From a virus, in the IMG/VR virus record IMGVR_UViG_3300034284_002638, positions 1 to 64,000 of that record: a DNA stretch of 64,000 nucleotides. One strand, 5' to 3'. Positions 37,352 to 45,902 of this stretch are shown in pieces; positions within the stretch are counted from its first letter, which is position 1, and each line of letters opens with the position of its first letter. Made by a program: the position numbers and the translations under genes. The notes below the pieces were generated by a model. It had not been told where the DNA came from. It did no database searches and was given only the letters and a program-made list of their open reading frames with translations.

Positions 37352-37635
37352 CCCACCCCCTTGATGTCACCGAGGGATGGACGAAACTCTACGCCACCAT
37401 CCACTCCGAATTCGCGCTCGCCCAGATGAAAGGGAACTTGGTCTATCCCGGAGAGATGATAGACGAATGGAACGCCCGATTGGAGTCGCTCGGCATGATC
37501 CTCACAGATTATCAAACTTGGACGGGAATAAAAGGGTCAAACCCCAACGGCATCACCATGTCCAATCCCGCCGGGGGATGGATTCAAATTCCGTTGGATG
37601 TGGCGACGAAGGTACTGACGCTGGGGTTGCCGTGA
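37348..37635 (+). CDS. LGxP-family paralog 23
   Basis: KLYATIHSEF, WNARLESLGM, IPLDVATKVLTLGLP*. Confidence 0.75.
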   Translation: MTHPLDVTEGWTKLYATIHSEFALAQMKGNLVYPGEMIDEWNARLESLGMILTDYQTWTGIKGSNPNGITMSNPAGGWIQIPLDVATKVLTLGLP

Positions 37636-37916
37636 TGAGACCCGACAGGAAACTCGCGGAGACGATCCAGAAGGCGTATTACAATTCCGACCCTTGGCCT
37701 CCGAAGAGCGAGGACTGGCTGAGGCGCATACTCCGAACGGGAGCCTGGTTGGCAAGGGCGGATAACGCTGAAATTCAACTTGAGAAAGATCCCAACCTTT
37801 GTTCGTGTGCGGATCCCGGAGACTTCATGTGCCGGACATTCGGCGTCGTGGAGGCGACCATGATCCTCGTCCCGAAGGAAATCGCAATCAAAATCATGAC
37901 ATTGGGGCTGCCGTGA
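37632..37916 (+). CDS. LGxP-family paralog 24
   Basis: WLRRILRTGA, VPKEIAIKIMTLGLP*. Confidence 0.75.
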   Translation: MMRPDRKLAETIQKAYYNSDPWPPKSEDWLRRILRTGAWLARADNAEIQLEKDPNLCSCADPGDFMCRTFGVVEATMILVPKEIAIKIMTLGLP

Positions 37917-38203
37917 ACAGAGAATCAATCTCCAAACTGGAGCACATGTTTCGTGATAGTTTCTTTAGGCTTTACGACATGTATTTCAGACATGAGCCCG
38001 TCATCAAACACGATTGTGTCATGCTGAAGTGGACCGAATTCTTGAAGGGTCATGGATGCTATTTTCTTTTAAAGGGCCGTCTTGTTGAGCCAGTGAATCA
38101 TCCGAAAGGCTTCGTGCTCGTGTCCGACCCCATCAGGTGCAGAACAATAGCGGCCCCGACAGAATTCGCCCTAAAGGCTCTGTATTTTGGCGAAATCCCA
38201 TGA
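37913..38203 (+). CDS. LGxP-family paralog 25
   Basis: WTEFLKGHGC, APTEFALKALYFGEIP*; sister of 28324. Confidence 0.75.
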   Translation: MNRESISKLEHMFRDSFFRLYDMYFRHEPVIKHDCVMLKWTEFLKGHGCYFLLKGRLVEPVNHPKGFVLVSDPIRCRTIAAPTEFALKALYFGEIP

Positions 38204-38520
38204 GCATGGATACTTTTTTAGACCAACTCAACCTCAAGGTGTACCGGCTCTTCAGAGAGAAGGGCAAGGAACTGAAGGGTGCGGGCTTGTTCTCCGAAGA
38301 GGGTTGGCTGGAGTACATACATTCGCTGGGGTGCGAAACCTCCGACAAGCAATCCTGCACCCGGTGTGGCAAGACCAGCATCATCCCTTATGACTCAAAG
38401 ATGATTGTCTTCAGGGACGAACATTTTATTCGGGAAAAGGACGGATCAAAATACTACGACCGAATGATATTGGTAGACACAGAAACGGCATTCAAGATCG
38501 TCGCACTGGGACTGCCATGA
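38200..38520 (+). CDS. LGxP-family paralog 26
   Basis: KVYRLFREK, WLEYIHSLGC, VDTETAFKIVALGLP*. Confidence 0.75.
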   Translation: MSMDTFLDQLNLKVYRLFREKGKELKGAGLFSEEGWLEYIHSLGCETSDKQSCTRCGKTSIIPYDSKMIVFRDEHFIREKDGSKYYDRMILVDTETAFKIVALGLP

Positions 38521-38813
38521 TAACCCGAGAAAACAAGGACAAGATCGCCCAACTCATTCAAGAGTCCACCTCGCATCCGAAATTGAAGTTCTCGGACACG
38601 CTCCCGAAGAAGTCCGGGATGAGCTTCTTCCAAGAGGAACTCCTCAAACTCGGGATAAAGGAAGTAGAGAAGGACAAGGGCAAATTCGACAGCAAGAAGC
38701 ACATAATCATTGATCTGGGGTGGCCCGTCAGAAGCGGCAAAGTGCTGAAAGTTCCAACCCCGTTGGCCATAAAGATTCTGGCGTTGGGCTTTTTTCCTTG
38801 GAAGATACAATAG
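38517..38813 (+). CDS. LGxP-family paralog 27
   Basis: EELLKLGI, VPTPLAIKILALGFFP. Confidence 0.72.
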   Translation: MITRENKDKIAQLIQESTSHPKLKFSDTLPKKSGMSFFQEELLKLGIKEVEKDKGKFDSKKHIIIDLGWPVRSGKVLKVPTPLAIKILALGFFPWKIQ

Positions 38814-38827
38814 TTTTGGAGACACTC

Positions 38828-39070
38828 ATGGACGACGCCGAGAAACAAGATTTTGAACTCAATCCCGTCTCCCTCAAGACGGCCGGAACTATGAAGGTGC
38901 GCTATGTAAACGGGGACAAACTCAAGCCAGTGCAACTTGAAGATGGCGGACTAACATCCGGACAGCGGGATGCGATAAGAATCGCCTTGGTACATTTGAT
39001 CTTGGCCTCGGTGAAAGACCCCTCGCTAGAAAAACACATTGAAACACTCAGGGACATGATTGAAGCATGA
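38828..39070 (+). CDS. Hypothetical protein with an LT..R.AI module
   Basis: Start MDDAEK; shares 21 nt with 31443. Confidence 0.55.
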   Translation: MDDAEKQDFELNPVSLKTAGTMKVRYVNGDKLKPVQLEDGGLTSGQRDAIRIALVHLILASVKDPSLEKHIETLRDMIEA

Positions 39071-39285
39071 GCAAATTGGGAAGAACCGCGTGGTGCCTGC
39101 GTTCGCCGAAGGGGAGGCTTGTCATCAAGACGCTCCATTCAAGCCGATCCGCATGTCTGGAGTTGAGCATCCCGTGCTTCAGATTCAAGCATAACTGGCT
39201 CCAGCCTTTTAACAGGACATGGAAGGAAGCCAGAAGTCTCGGGTGGAGCGTTGTCCTTGTGGATATCAAGGAAAAATCAAAATGA
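39067..39285 (+). CDS. Hypothetical protein
   Basis: Coupled ORF. Confidence 0.55.
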   Translation: MSKLGRTAWCLRSPKGRLVIKTLHSSRSACLELSIPCFRFKHNWLQPFNRTWKEARSLGWSVVLVDIKEKSK

Positions 39286-39436
39286 ACATTTTTCAAAAAC
39301 TCAATACTCCGATAACTGTTCCTAAATGGAAGTATGCTCTTTTGTGGCTTTTGGTGTTTATGACCGCCGTCACTCACATGTTTAAGAAGTGACCGTCGGC
39401 CAAAGGAAAAACACATGACTGAGTCAAAGGTGAATA

Positions 39437-39799
39437 ATGAGTGAACAAGAACCTGTGGCGTGGGCTCTTTATCCGCCTCTTGATGAAACGCCAAAAAAGC
39501 CAGTGATGGTATTTCAATGCCTAAAAGATGCGAATGATGAAGCGATTGAGTCCGGGTGTGATATCGTCCCTCTGTACCGCCAATCGCGGTGGATTCCTAT
39601 AACGGAACAACTCCCCCCAGAGGGCGAGCGCGTTTTGTTTTACTTGGACGATCCGTTGACAGAGGTGAATCTTGGATGGTGGGAGGGCAAGCACACGCAC
39701 GGCAAAGCGATTGCCATGGAGTACGGAGATGCCGACGGCGATTGGCTCCCGTGTAGCCACTGGATGTCGCTTCCGACCACAACGAGTGAACAAAAATGA
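39437..39799 (+). CDS. DUF551-like phage protein
   Basis: WIPITEQLP...SHWMSLP. Confidence 0.7.
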   Translation: MSEQEPVAWALYPPLDETPKKPVMVFQCLKDANDEAIESGCDIVPLYRQSRWIPITEQLPPEGERVLFYLDDPLTEVNLGWWEGKHTHGKAIAMEYGDADGDWLPCSHWMSLPTTTSEQK

Positions 39800-39913
39800 G
39801 AAGAACAAACCAGATAGTCGGCATGGTCAACTTCCCGGTGGACTCGGATCAGTACGAGAGCACCAAGGTATGATTAGGTTGCATACGCTGCCAACCCCAG
39901 TGACGAGATGTAG

Positions 39914-40324
39914 ATGAAACCGAGAAAGCAAAAAAAAATGAACGACGAACAGAAAACTTGGTTGAAAGTTCTCCTTTATTTAGTTGCAATCATATCATTG
40001 GTTTCTTTCTTGTGTTATTTGGACAATGAGTGGAGAGAGAAGATGGGCTCCGCCATCTTTTGCCCCAAGGGCGTCAAGCCGAACAATGTGGTGGAACGCT
40101 TCCACGAACACCAAGAAGTCAAGGTCTTGGAAAAGGGTACCGACGAGGTCGTAAGGACCTACGGAAGGGTGCGGCTCACTTTCCTCTCCAAGGATTCGTT
40201 CATGATACAGGACGACAACACAGGGAACCCCATCCTGCTTCTCGTGCAACTCAAACCCAACGAATATGTCACGGCGTTCACGAAAACTGAAAATTTTGAA
40301 GCCAAGGCTTGGGGTTTAAAATGA
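39914..40324 (+). CDS. Single-TM hypothetical protein
   Basis: N-terminal hydrophobic helix. Confidence 0.55.
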   Translation: MKPRKQKKMNDEQKTWLKVLLYLVAIISLVSFLCYLDNEWREKMGSAIFCPKGVKPNNVVERFHEHQEVKVLEKGTDEVVRTYGRVRLTFLSKDSFMIQDDNTGNPILLLVQLKPNEYVTAFTKTENFEAKAWGLK

Positions 40325-40734
40325 ATGAGTCTTGTGCCGATCCCGACGCCCCGCTCGAGAGCTGCTTCGTGTGTGGAAAATCCATCCACACCTGCGAAAG
40401 GAAAGAGGCCGTAAACAACAGCTATCTCTGTCCCGTTCATGGCGACGGGTGGCAGAGGGGCGATGGGGCTTGGATCTGTAGCGAGGAGTGCGACCAGAAG
40501 TATGAAGCCGACAAGCCCCGCCACTCCAGCTTAAAGTTCTTCCACCCCTTCAACTTCGTCTTCGTCAAGAGGCCGAAGACGGACGATCCCAACTGGCACC
40601 CCAGTGACGACCTTCACCAATATGGATTCAGCCTTGACCTGACTACCGAACTTTATTTCTACACCTACGACTGGGGCCGGGGTTTTAACTTCAGGGTATT
40701 GGGATTCGGATTCGAGGTGTGCTTCAACCCATGA
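40321..40734 (+). CDS. Cys-rich hypothetical protein, copy B
   Basis: Paralog of 23417. Confidence 0.7.
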   Translation: MNESCADPDAPLESCFVCGKSIHTCERKEAVNNSYLCPVHGDGWQRGDGAWICSEECDQKYEADKPRHSSLKFFHPFNFVFVKRPKTDDPNWHPSDDLHQYGFSLDLTTELYFYTYDWGRGFNFRVLGFGFEVCFNP

Positions 40735-40940
40735 ATATCGAAAACGAGTTCCACACGGCGATCCTTCTGACGATCGACCTGCACCGCCTGGTCACCGCCG
40801 GGCAAGGCGAGTCGGAGGAAGCCGACATCGTCCGCGAAACGCTGGGCAGTCTGCTGCTGACATTAGAGAAGGACGACAGCGACCTTTGCGCTAAGGTATC
40901 GGCGAGGCTAGACTGGTACGAGAGATGGTATAGACAATGA
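40731..40940 (+). CDS. Hypothetical protein
   Basis: Coupled ORF. Confidence 0.55.
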   Translation: MNIENEFHTAILLTIDLHRLVTAGQGESEEADIVRETLGSLLLTLEKDDSDLCAKVSARLDWYERWYRQ

Positions 40941-41012
40941 AAATAAAAAAGCTCACGGCGGACCTCAGCCGAAGTGCAACCCGTACACAGCATTCGATGA
41001 AAAGGTGGATGT

Positions 41013-41267
41013 ATGACTAAAACTTGGGATTTCACCCTCGTGCTGAAGGGGGTGTCGGACTTGACCGACGATCTGGCCGACGCCCTTTTTGAGGCGGGAT
41101 GCGACGACGCGACCCATAGCATGGTGGGCGGCAAGCCTCTTCTTGATTTCTCCAGGGAGGCGGAATCGCTCGAGGAAGCCGTCTTGACCGCCTTGGAAGA
41201 CATCCGGCGGGCCGGCGAGATGCTGGGTGTCCCTTTGGATGTGGAACGCATTGGAGATGAACTGTGA
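41013..41267 (+). CDS. HicB-N-like small protein, copy B
   Basis: LADALFEAGCDDAT...LDFSREAESLEEAV. Confidence 0.55.
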   Translation: MTKTWDFTLVLKGVSDLTDDLADALFEAGCDDATHSMVGGKPLLDFSREAESLEEAVLTALEDIRRAGEMLGVPLDVERIGDEL

Positions 41268-41506
41268 AACTCTCCGACGACAACATCAAAAAGCTTGAAG
41301 TTCTTCTTCGCAACGCACTTGCGATTAGATCAATGGGTCCTGAGGCTCTGCCTGCGAGTAGCGGCATTTTTTTGGCAGACATGATGTACGATTTCAGCGA
41401 ATTCCCGAAGGGTTTCGTGCCGGTGAATCTCGGGATGGAGTATTACGCCTTGATTCCCAATGAACTAGCCATGAGGGCGTTGACCCTCGGCCACCTTGAA
41501 TTTTAA
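41264..41506 (+). CDS. LGxP-family paralog 28
   Basis: KLEVLLRN, IPNELAMRALTLGHL. Confidence 0.7.
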   Translation: MKLSDDNIKKLEVLLRNALAIRSMGPEALPASSGIFLADMMYDFSEFPKGFVPVNLGMEYYALIPNELAMRALTLGHLEF

Positions 41507-41509
41507 ACC

Positions 41510-41896
41510 ATGAATTCCGATAAATTCTGGGCACGGGAGGCCCTCAACAAACTCACCGAAGTCCTCACTGGAGCCATCGGCCCGCCCTTCCCGGTTCAAC
41601 AGAACCAGCCCTTGCCCCATCCTCCATTTTTGGAGAAGTGGAGGGAATTCTGTATAAAACACAAAATCAAGCCGGGAGCCCCCGACTTCTATGTCAAGGG
41701 CGCTCACTACACCGACAAGTCCGTTGCGGACTTCTATGATTTTGAAGAAGTGCCAATGTACTACGATCATAAAAACACGGTCGTTGTCCTCAACCCCTTC
41801 TTCGGCCAAAAGTCAGAGGAAGACTTTCTCAGATACAAATGGCTTGAAATAGACGCGGAACTGGCGGTGAGGTTCCTTGTGCTAGGTCTCCCATGA
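41510..41896 (+). CDS. LGxP-family paralog 29
   Basis: WREFCIKH, IDAELAVRFLVLGLP*. Confidence 0.75.
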   Translation: MNSDKFWAREALNKLTEVLTGAIGPPFPVQQNQPLPHPPFLEKWREFCIKHKIKPGAPDFYVKGAHYTDKSVADFYDFEEVPMYYDHKNTVVVLNPFFGQKSEEDFLRYKWLEIDAELAVRFLVLGLP

Positions 41897-42288
41897 GCGA
41901 AAATAAAAGCATATCCAAGAGGGCTTTTGAACTCTTGTACGACGAGTTCAGCAAGATCACTCACATGTCTCACTGGTCTTATGGCGATCATCGTCGCCCC
42001 ACGGGCACGAACCGAATGCTATACAGATGGGACAGATACCTCAAGAAACTCGGTGGGGTTCGAAGGGAGACGCTGAAGGATTTCCTGATCGACTTCAAGC
42101 CGAAACTGAGGGATGACCAGTTCGTAGCCGTAGATCCGGCCACGAAGTTCTACAACAGGGGCGGATCTGACGGCAGGGTCAGGATGCTCGTCATCGACAA
42201 GGACTTCGCGCTCAAGATGCTTACGATTGGCCCCCCAGACATCAGGGAAATGAAGTACAGGGTTCCACGGGACTGGGAGGCGGAATGA
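41893..42288 (+). CDS. LGxP-family paralog 30
   Basis: WDRYLKKLGG, IDKDFALKMLTIGPP. Confidence 0.72.
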   Translation: MSENKSISKRAFELLYDEFSKITHMSHWSYGDHRRPTGTNRMLYRWDRYLKKLGGVRRETLKDFLIDFKPKLRDDQFVAVDPATKFYNRGGSDGRVRMLVIDKDFALKMLTIGPPDIREMKYRVPRDWEAE

Positions 42289-42680
42289 GTTCCACGAACT
42301 GGTCCAAGAAGAAATTAAAAAAGGCTCCCCTTCCTTGGATTCGTGCTCCATGGGAACTCAAAGATCCGACCCATCGGAAGATCATGCTCGTAATTAATCA
42401 ATCCTTTGAAAGAATGTTCGGTCACAAGTTCACGCTCAGTTGCTCCGAGAGGAGATTGTGGGGAGAGTTCTTGAACGAGAGAGCCATACATTGGAAGATA
42501 AAACTCCCCCGACAGCCCGCGGATTGCGACTCCTGGAATGGTTGGAATTTTGTGGTGTGCCCAAAGGACTCGGTTCTTTTGGCCCAACCAAAGAACCTAG
42601 AGGGCTATGTGGAGGTCGGCAAATTCTTTATTCCTGAGGATCTAGCCACAAGAATGCTGGTTCTGGGGGAGCTGCTATAA
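42285..42680 (+). CDS. LGxP-family paralog 31
   Basis: WGEFLNERAI, IPEDLATRMLVLGELL*. Confidence 0.72.
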   Translation: MSSTNWSKKKLKKAPLPWIRAPWELKDPTHRKIMLVINQSFERMFGHKFTLSCSERRLWGEFLNERAIHWKIKLPRQPADCDSWNGWNFVVCPKDSVLLAQPKNLEGYVEVGKFFIPEDLATRMLVLGELL

Positions 42681-42681
42681 A

Positions 42682-42996
42682 ATGTATTCAAGCAACGGAA
42701 CAAGTCTCATCACCGAGATCGAGGCCAAACTAGGAGATCTGATGAGGGATGGTTTTCCCCACGACGGAACATATTCAGAATATCACAAGGCCAAAGATAA
42801 ATTTCTCGCATGTATAGAGGCCAACGGAATAAGGCTTATGTCCTTCTGGGATTATACGGAAACGAAGAAGAAAAAAACGACCGGGATCAACCTTGCCCCA
42901 AGCCCGTTCTCAACTCCAGGCAGGGAAGACCATTATGTCGTATTCGACGACGAACTAGCGACGAGGGTGTTGGCGTTGGGCTTTCTTCCTAGATAA
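42682..42996 (+). CDS. LGxP-family paralog 32
   Basis: FLACIEANGI, FDDELATRVLALGFLPR*. Confidence 0.72.
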   Translation: MYSSNGTSLITEIEAKLGDLMRDGFPHDGTYSEYHKAKDKFLACIEANGIRLMSFWDYTETKKKKTTGINLAPSPFSTPGREDHYVVFDDELATRVLALGFLPR

Positions 42997-43662
42997 TCAT
43001 TCGTCTATTGCTTGGCGTCTGACCTCTTGCCCCAACTTGTTGATCCTCTGCTCGGTGTATACCTCAAACTTCCAGCCCCGCACCTTGCACGCCTCCTCTG
43101 CCGCACGCCACTTGTTCTTGTTCATCTCAAGGTCGGTCTGGTTGGACGGCTTGATCTCCCAAAGCTGCTTGGTGCCGTCCATGAAGTTCACGATGAGGTC
43201 GGGCGTGTACCTGTGGGCCTGCCCTTGGTGTATGTAATCTATCTGGAACGGTTCGGAGTAGAACGACTCAACATCGTCATGCTGATCCAGTATCTTGTAG
43301 ACCTTCTCCTCCAGGCCGCTCCTGTAGCCCAAGACCCTCCCCGTCTTCGTAGATTCGTACTTGCCCTGCTTGAACTTGGGCTTCCTCGTCTTCTTTCCCT
43401 TCTGCGAGAAGTCGTGCCACAGTATGGCCCGGGCCTGCCCGGCATAGTTTCTGAAGTCAAAGTTGGGATGCTTGACCTTCATATGAAGTTTGACATCCCT
43501 AACAGGTGCCCCGCAGTGCTCCAGGGGGCATCTCACAAACTCCCTGCCCTCCTCGTGGCTTTCCAAGATGTGCGACTTGAACTCCGCATAATCCTCGAAC
43601 TGGACCCCGCAACAAAAGCACACGTATTTCTTGCCGGAACCGTCTGCGAAGGGGAGAGTCAT
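42997..43662 (-). CDS. TnsA-N-like / head-completion PD-(D/E)xK nuclease with N-terminal C2H2 zinc fingers
   Basis: YRSGLE, SEP, YTPD, EIKP, NKNKWRAA; CxxC...H...H twice. Confidence 0.75.
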   Translation of the reverse strand: MTLPFADGSGKKYVCFCCGVQFEDYAEFKSHILESHEEGREFVRCPLEHCGAPVRDVKLHMKVKHPNFDFRNYAGQARAILWHDFSQKGKKTRKPKFKQGKYESTKTGRVLGYRSGLEEKVYKILDQHDDVESFYSEPFQIDYIHQGQAHRYTPDLIVNFMDGTKQLWEIKPSNQTDLEMNKNKWRAAEEACKVRGWKFEVYTEQRINKLGQEVRRQAIDE

Positions 43663-43841
43663 CTTTCTCCTTGGTAGTTCGACCTGATATCTTCAAGGAT
43701 TTGATCCATGACCTCATCGGCCGAACGGCACTTCTTTTGCGTCACGGATCCTTCCTTGTACCAGACATAGCCGTCAAAGTTGTCCTCCACGACATATCCT
43801 ATGCTGCTGGCCCAGCTCTCTATGTTTTTGTACGGCAATTT

Positions 43842-44234
43842 TCACTCCTCCCCATAAGTCTTGTCGCCATCCTCGTCATCGGACACGACAATCATTTTCT
43901 TGCCCTTCTTCTCTAAGTGCTTTTCTGCCTTTTCCTGGGTGACCACTTCTATTTCGTCAATGTCGCCGCTGTGGAATACGGACATGGACTTGTCTCCGTC
44001 TGTAGATTTTTCCAAGTCATAGGCGGAGAAGCTGGCCTCCTTTGCCCAATCCTCGTCCTCCTTGGACTCGGGACTTTTCATGCGGGCGAAGGTTATGCGT
44101 CCCGTCTCCGTAGCCCCGTACAAGACACCGTCCTTCTTGAAAAAAAGACAAAGGTCATTCTCTGTGAACAGTCTGGAGGCGGTGTCCCATTTATCCATCA
44201 GTTCTCGAAAATTAGAAAATGCCGGACTGTCCAT
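43842..44234 (-). CDS. Acidic hypothetical protein
   Basis: 130-aa ORF with RBS. Confidence 0.6.
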   Translation of the reverse strand: MDSPAFSNFRELMDKWDTASRLFTENDLCLFFKKDGVLYGATETGRITFARMKSPESKEDEDWAKEASFSAYDLEKSTDGDKSMSVFHSGDIDEIEVVTQEKAEKHLEKKGKKMIVVSDDEDGDKTYGEE

Positions 44235-44310
44235 AATTCTTCCTCAATTCAAGATGAACCAACATCACTCATAGAAGGTTCTTCACCGCCGAGGATATAT
44301 ACACCTAAAC

Positions 44311-44718
44311 ATGAGCAAAAAAACATTTAGATCGTTCCTGGAGGAGGATCAGTCCTACCTTTCCTCGCTTGAGGATACGCTCGGAATAGACCCGAGAGAC
44401 ATGGAAATAGAGCCCCAGATAGGCAAATTCTTCTCCTTCAGCCAAGAAGCCTCCAAAAGGCTTGGCCTAACCAGCAATGTTGGCCCCTACGAGATTAAAA
44501 AATTTAAAAGAAACAGCGAAGGAAAAATAACCCATGCGGTCGTAGTGAAAATAAACGACCCCTTCATTAAGAGTTCAGAGTACAAGGACGAAGACGGAAA
44601 TGTCGTCCGAGTGGACAAGGATAAAGAAAACCAGACTTTCCTCGTGGACATAAAGGATCTTGAGGGGTTGCTCAAGCAAGATCTGGAGCCCTCTCCGGGT
44701 CAAGGCGGAATAGCCTAA
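44311..44718 (+). CDS. Hypothetical protein (MSKKTFRSFLEE...)
   Basis: 135-aa ORF. Confidence 0.6.
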   Translation: MSKKTFRSFLEEDQSYLSSLEDTLGIDPRDMEIEPQIGKFFSFSQEASKRLGLTSNVGPYEIKKFKRNSEGKITHAVVVKINDPFIKSSEYKDEDGNVVRVDKDKENQTFLVDIKDLEGLLKQDLEPSPGQGGIA

Positions 44719-45302
44719 TTGGAGAATTCCAAGAAAGGCAAAATAAGATCGTCAATCTTGGAATAAAGTTGATCCAGGCTGCCGTCGTTCACCAGGAAAA
44801 AGTCCACCAGCCCGAAGTCCCCAGTTGAGCAATTGACCCGACCCTCAATGCCCTCCTTCAAGAAATATTCAACAAACTCTCTTATCTGAGATTCTGAATC
44901 GTTCGGGTCATTGTTGATAAAGCCGGGTCTATAAATAAGTATATTTTTCCCACCCCTCTCTCTTACCGCAAGAAGTTCGTTCTTGTATCTGACATCGCTT
45001 ATTATCAAAGATTTATGATCTATACGAAGAAGCATCTCGATCCATATTTCGTCTTTTATGCTCCTAAATCCGTCCCCTATAAACTGAAGGGCTTGTCGGA
45101 CAGGTATCTTAAATCCCGGAGGAGGTTCCGAGACGGTCTTCCACTTCTCTATAAAATCAAGATCTACGCCAAATGTCTCGCAAAAAATGCGTTTGACATT
45201 TGAGGCAAACGAGCCCCTACCCCAACCCAGCCTTTTGGCCAGATAGTCCGCCGTGACGTCCTTGCCCTGACGGAGCTGTCCCGCACAAGCCAACAATCTC
45301 AT
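44715..45302 (-). CDS. Deoxynucleoside monophosphate kinase
   Basis: GQLRQGKD P-loop, FA, RQALQFIG, ISDVRYKNE, NDGSL. Confidence 0.85.
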   Translation of the reverse strand: MRLLACAGQLRQGKDVTADYLAKRLGWGRGSFASNVKRIFCETFGVDLDFIEKWKTVSEPPPGFKIPVRQALQFIGDGFRSIKDEIWIEMLLRIDHKSLIISDVRYKNELLAVRERGGKNILIYRPGFINNDPNDSESQIREFVEYFLKEGIEGRVNCSTGDFGLVDFFLVNDGSLDQLYSKIDDLILPFLEFSN

Positions 45303-45374
45303 TTTTAAACCTTTTCCTCACTGAGATTATACTCTTTTATTCAACAAGTTCAATACATACATTTGGAAAAAAAT

Positions 45375-45623
45375 ATGAAAGAGCCCAGATGCGGCAACTG
45401 TCTTCTTTTTGACAAAACAAAAGAAACCTGCGGGGTGGCAATCCTTATCGAGGGAAATAGATACCACATGCCAGTAGATCCCAAGGACAAGTGCCACATG
45501 GACGAATTGGGCATACCGGTCAACCAAGTAAGATGGTGGGTGGAGGATCCTAGCACTGGGGAAAAGACCGATAAAGATGGAGTTGTAAAAATTGAATATC
45601 CAGAAGACTTTTTTGGGAGCTAA
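45375..45623 (+). CDS. Small Cys-containing hypothetical protein
   Basis: CGNC...C...C. Confidence 0.55.
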   Translation: MKEPRCGNCLLFDKTKETCGVAILIEGNRYHMPVDPKDKCHMDELGIPVNQVRWWVEDPSTGEKTDKDGVVKIEYPEDFFGS

Positions 45624-45902
45624 ATGGGAGACTGCTGCGGACAACAGTTCAAACGAGGCCGGCCTGGGTTGGCGGCCGATCCTAGTCAACAGTGCTTTGT
45701 GGACTGCTGCGACAAGTCTTGTCCGCCCGAAAACTGCTGCGATAGCATAACCATACACTTCGAGTGCGGACCCAAGGAGCCTCCAGAATGCACTTGCGAC
45801 TGCATTTTTAATGGATACAGCTTCGGCGGCGTGACATTCAAGAAACGAATGCTTCCCACACCAACCCCAATTACAACCCCTGGAGGGGGGTCGTCGCCAT
45901 GA
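45624..45902 (+). CDS. Cys-rich small protein
   Basis: CC motifs, PTPTP tail. Confidence 0.55.
   Translation: MGDCCGQQFKRGRPGLAADPSQQCFVDCCDKSCPPENCCDSITIHFECGPKEPPECTCDCIFNGYSFGGVTFKKRMLPTPTPITTPGGGSSP

Noticed and set aside
21981-42996. Diversity-generating retroelement behind the paralog diversity (prompted by the Mtd_N domain)
   Set aside because: No reverse transcriptase in the window, and the duplicate pairs differ at all bases, mostly synonymously, rather than only at adenines.
19400-42996. Integron cassette array
   Set aside because: No integrase and no attC-like palindromes; the genes overlap with no intergenic sites.
19400-42996. TGA recoding or an alternative genetic code making a polyprotein
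   Set aside because: Downstream genes start in a different frame through 4-nt overlaps, and core genes are full length under code 11.
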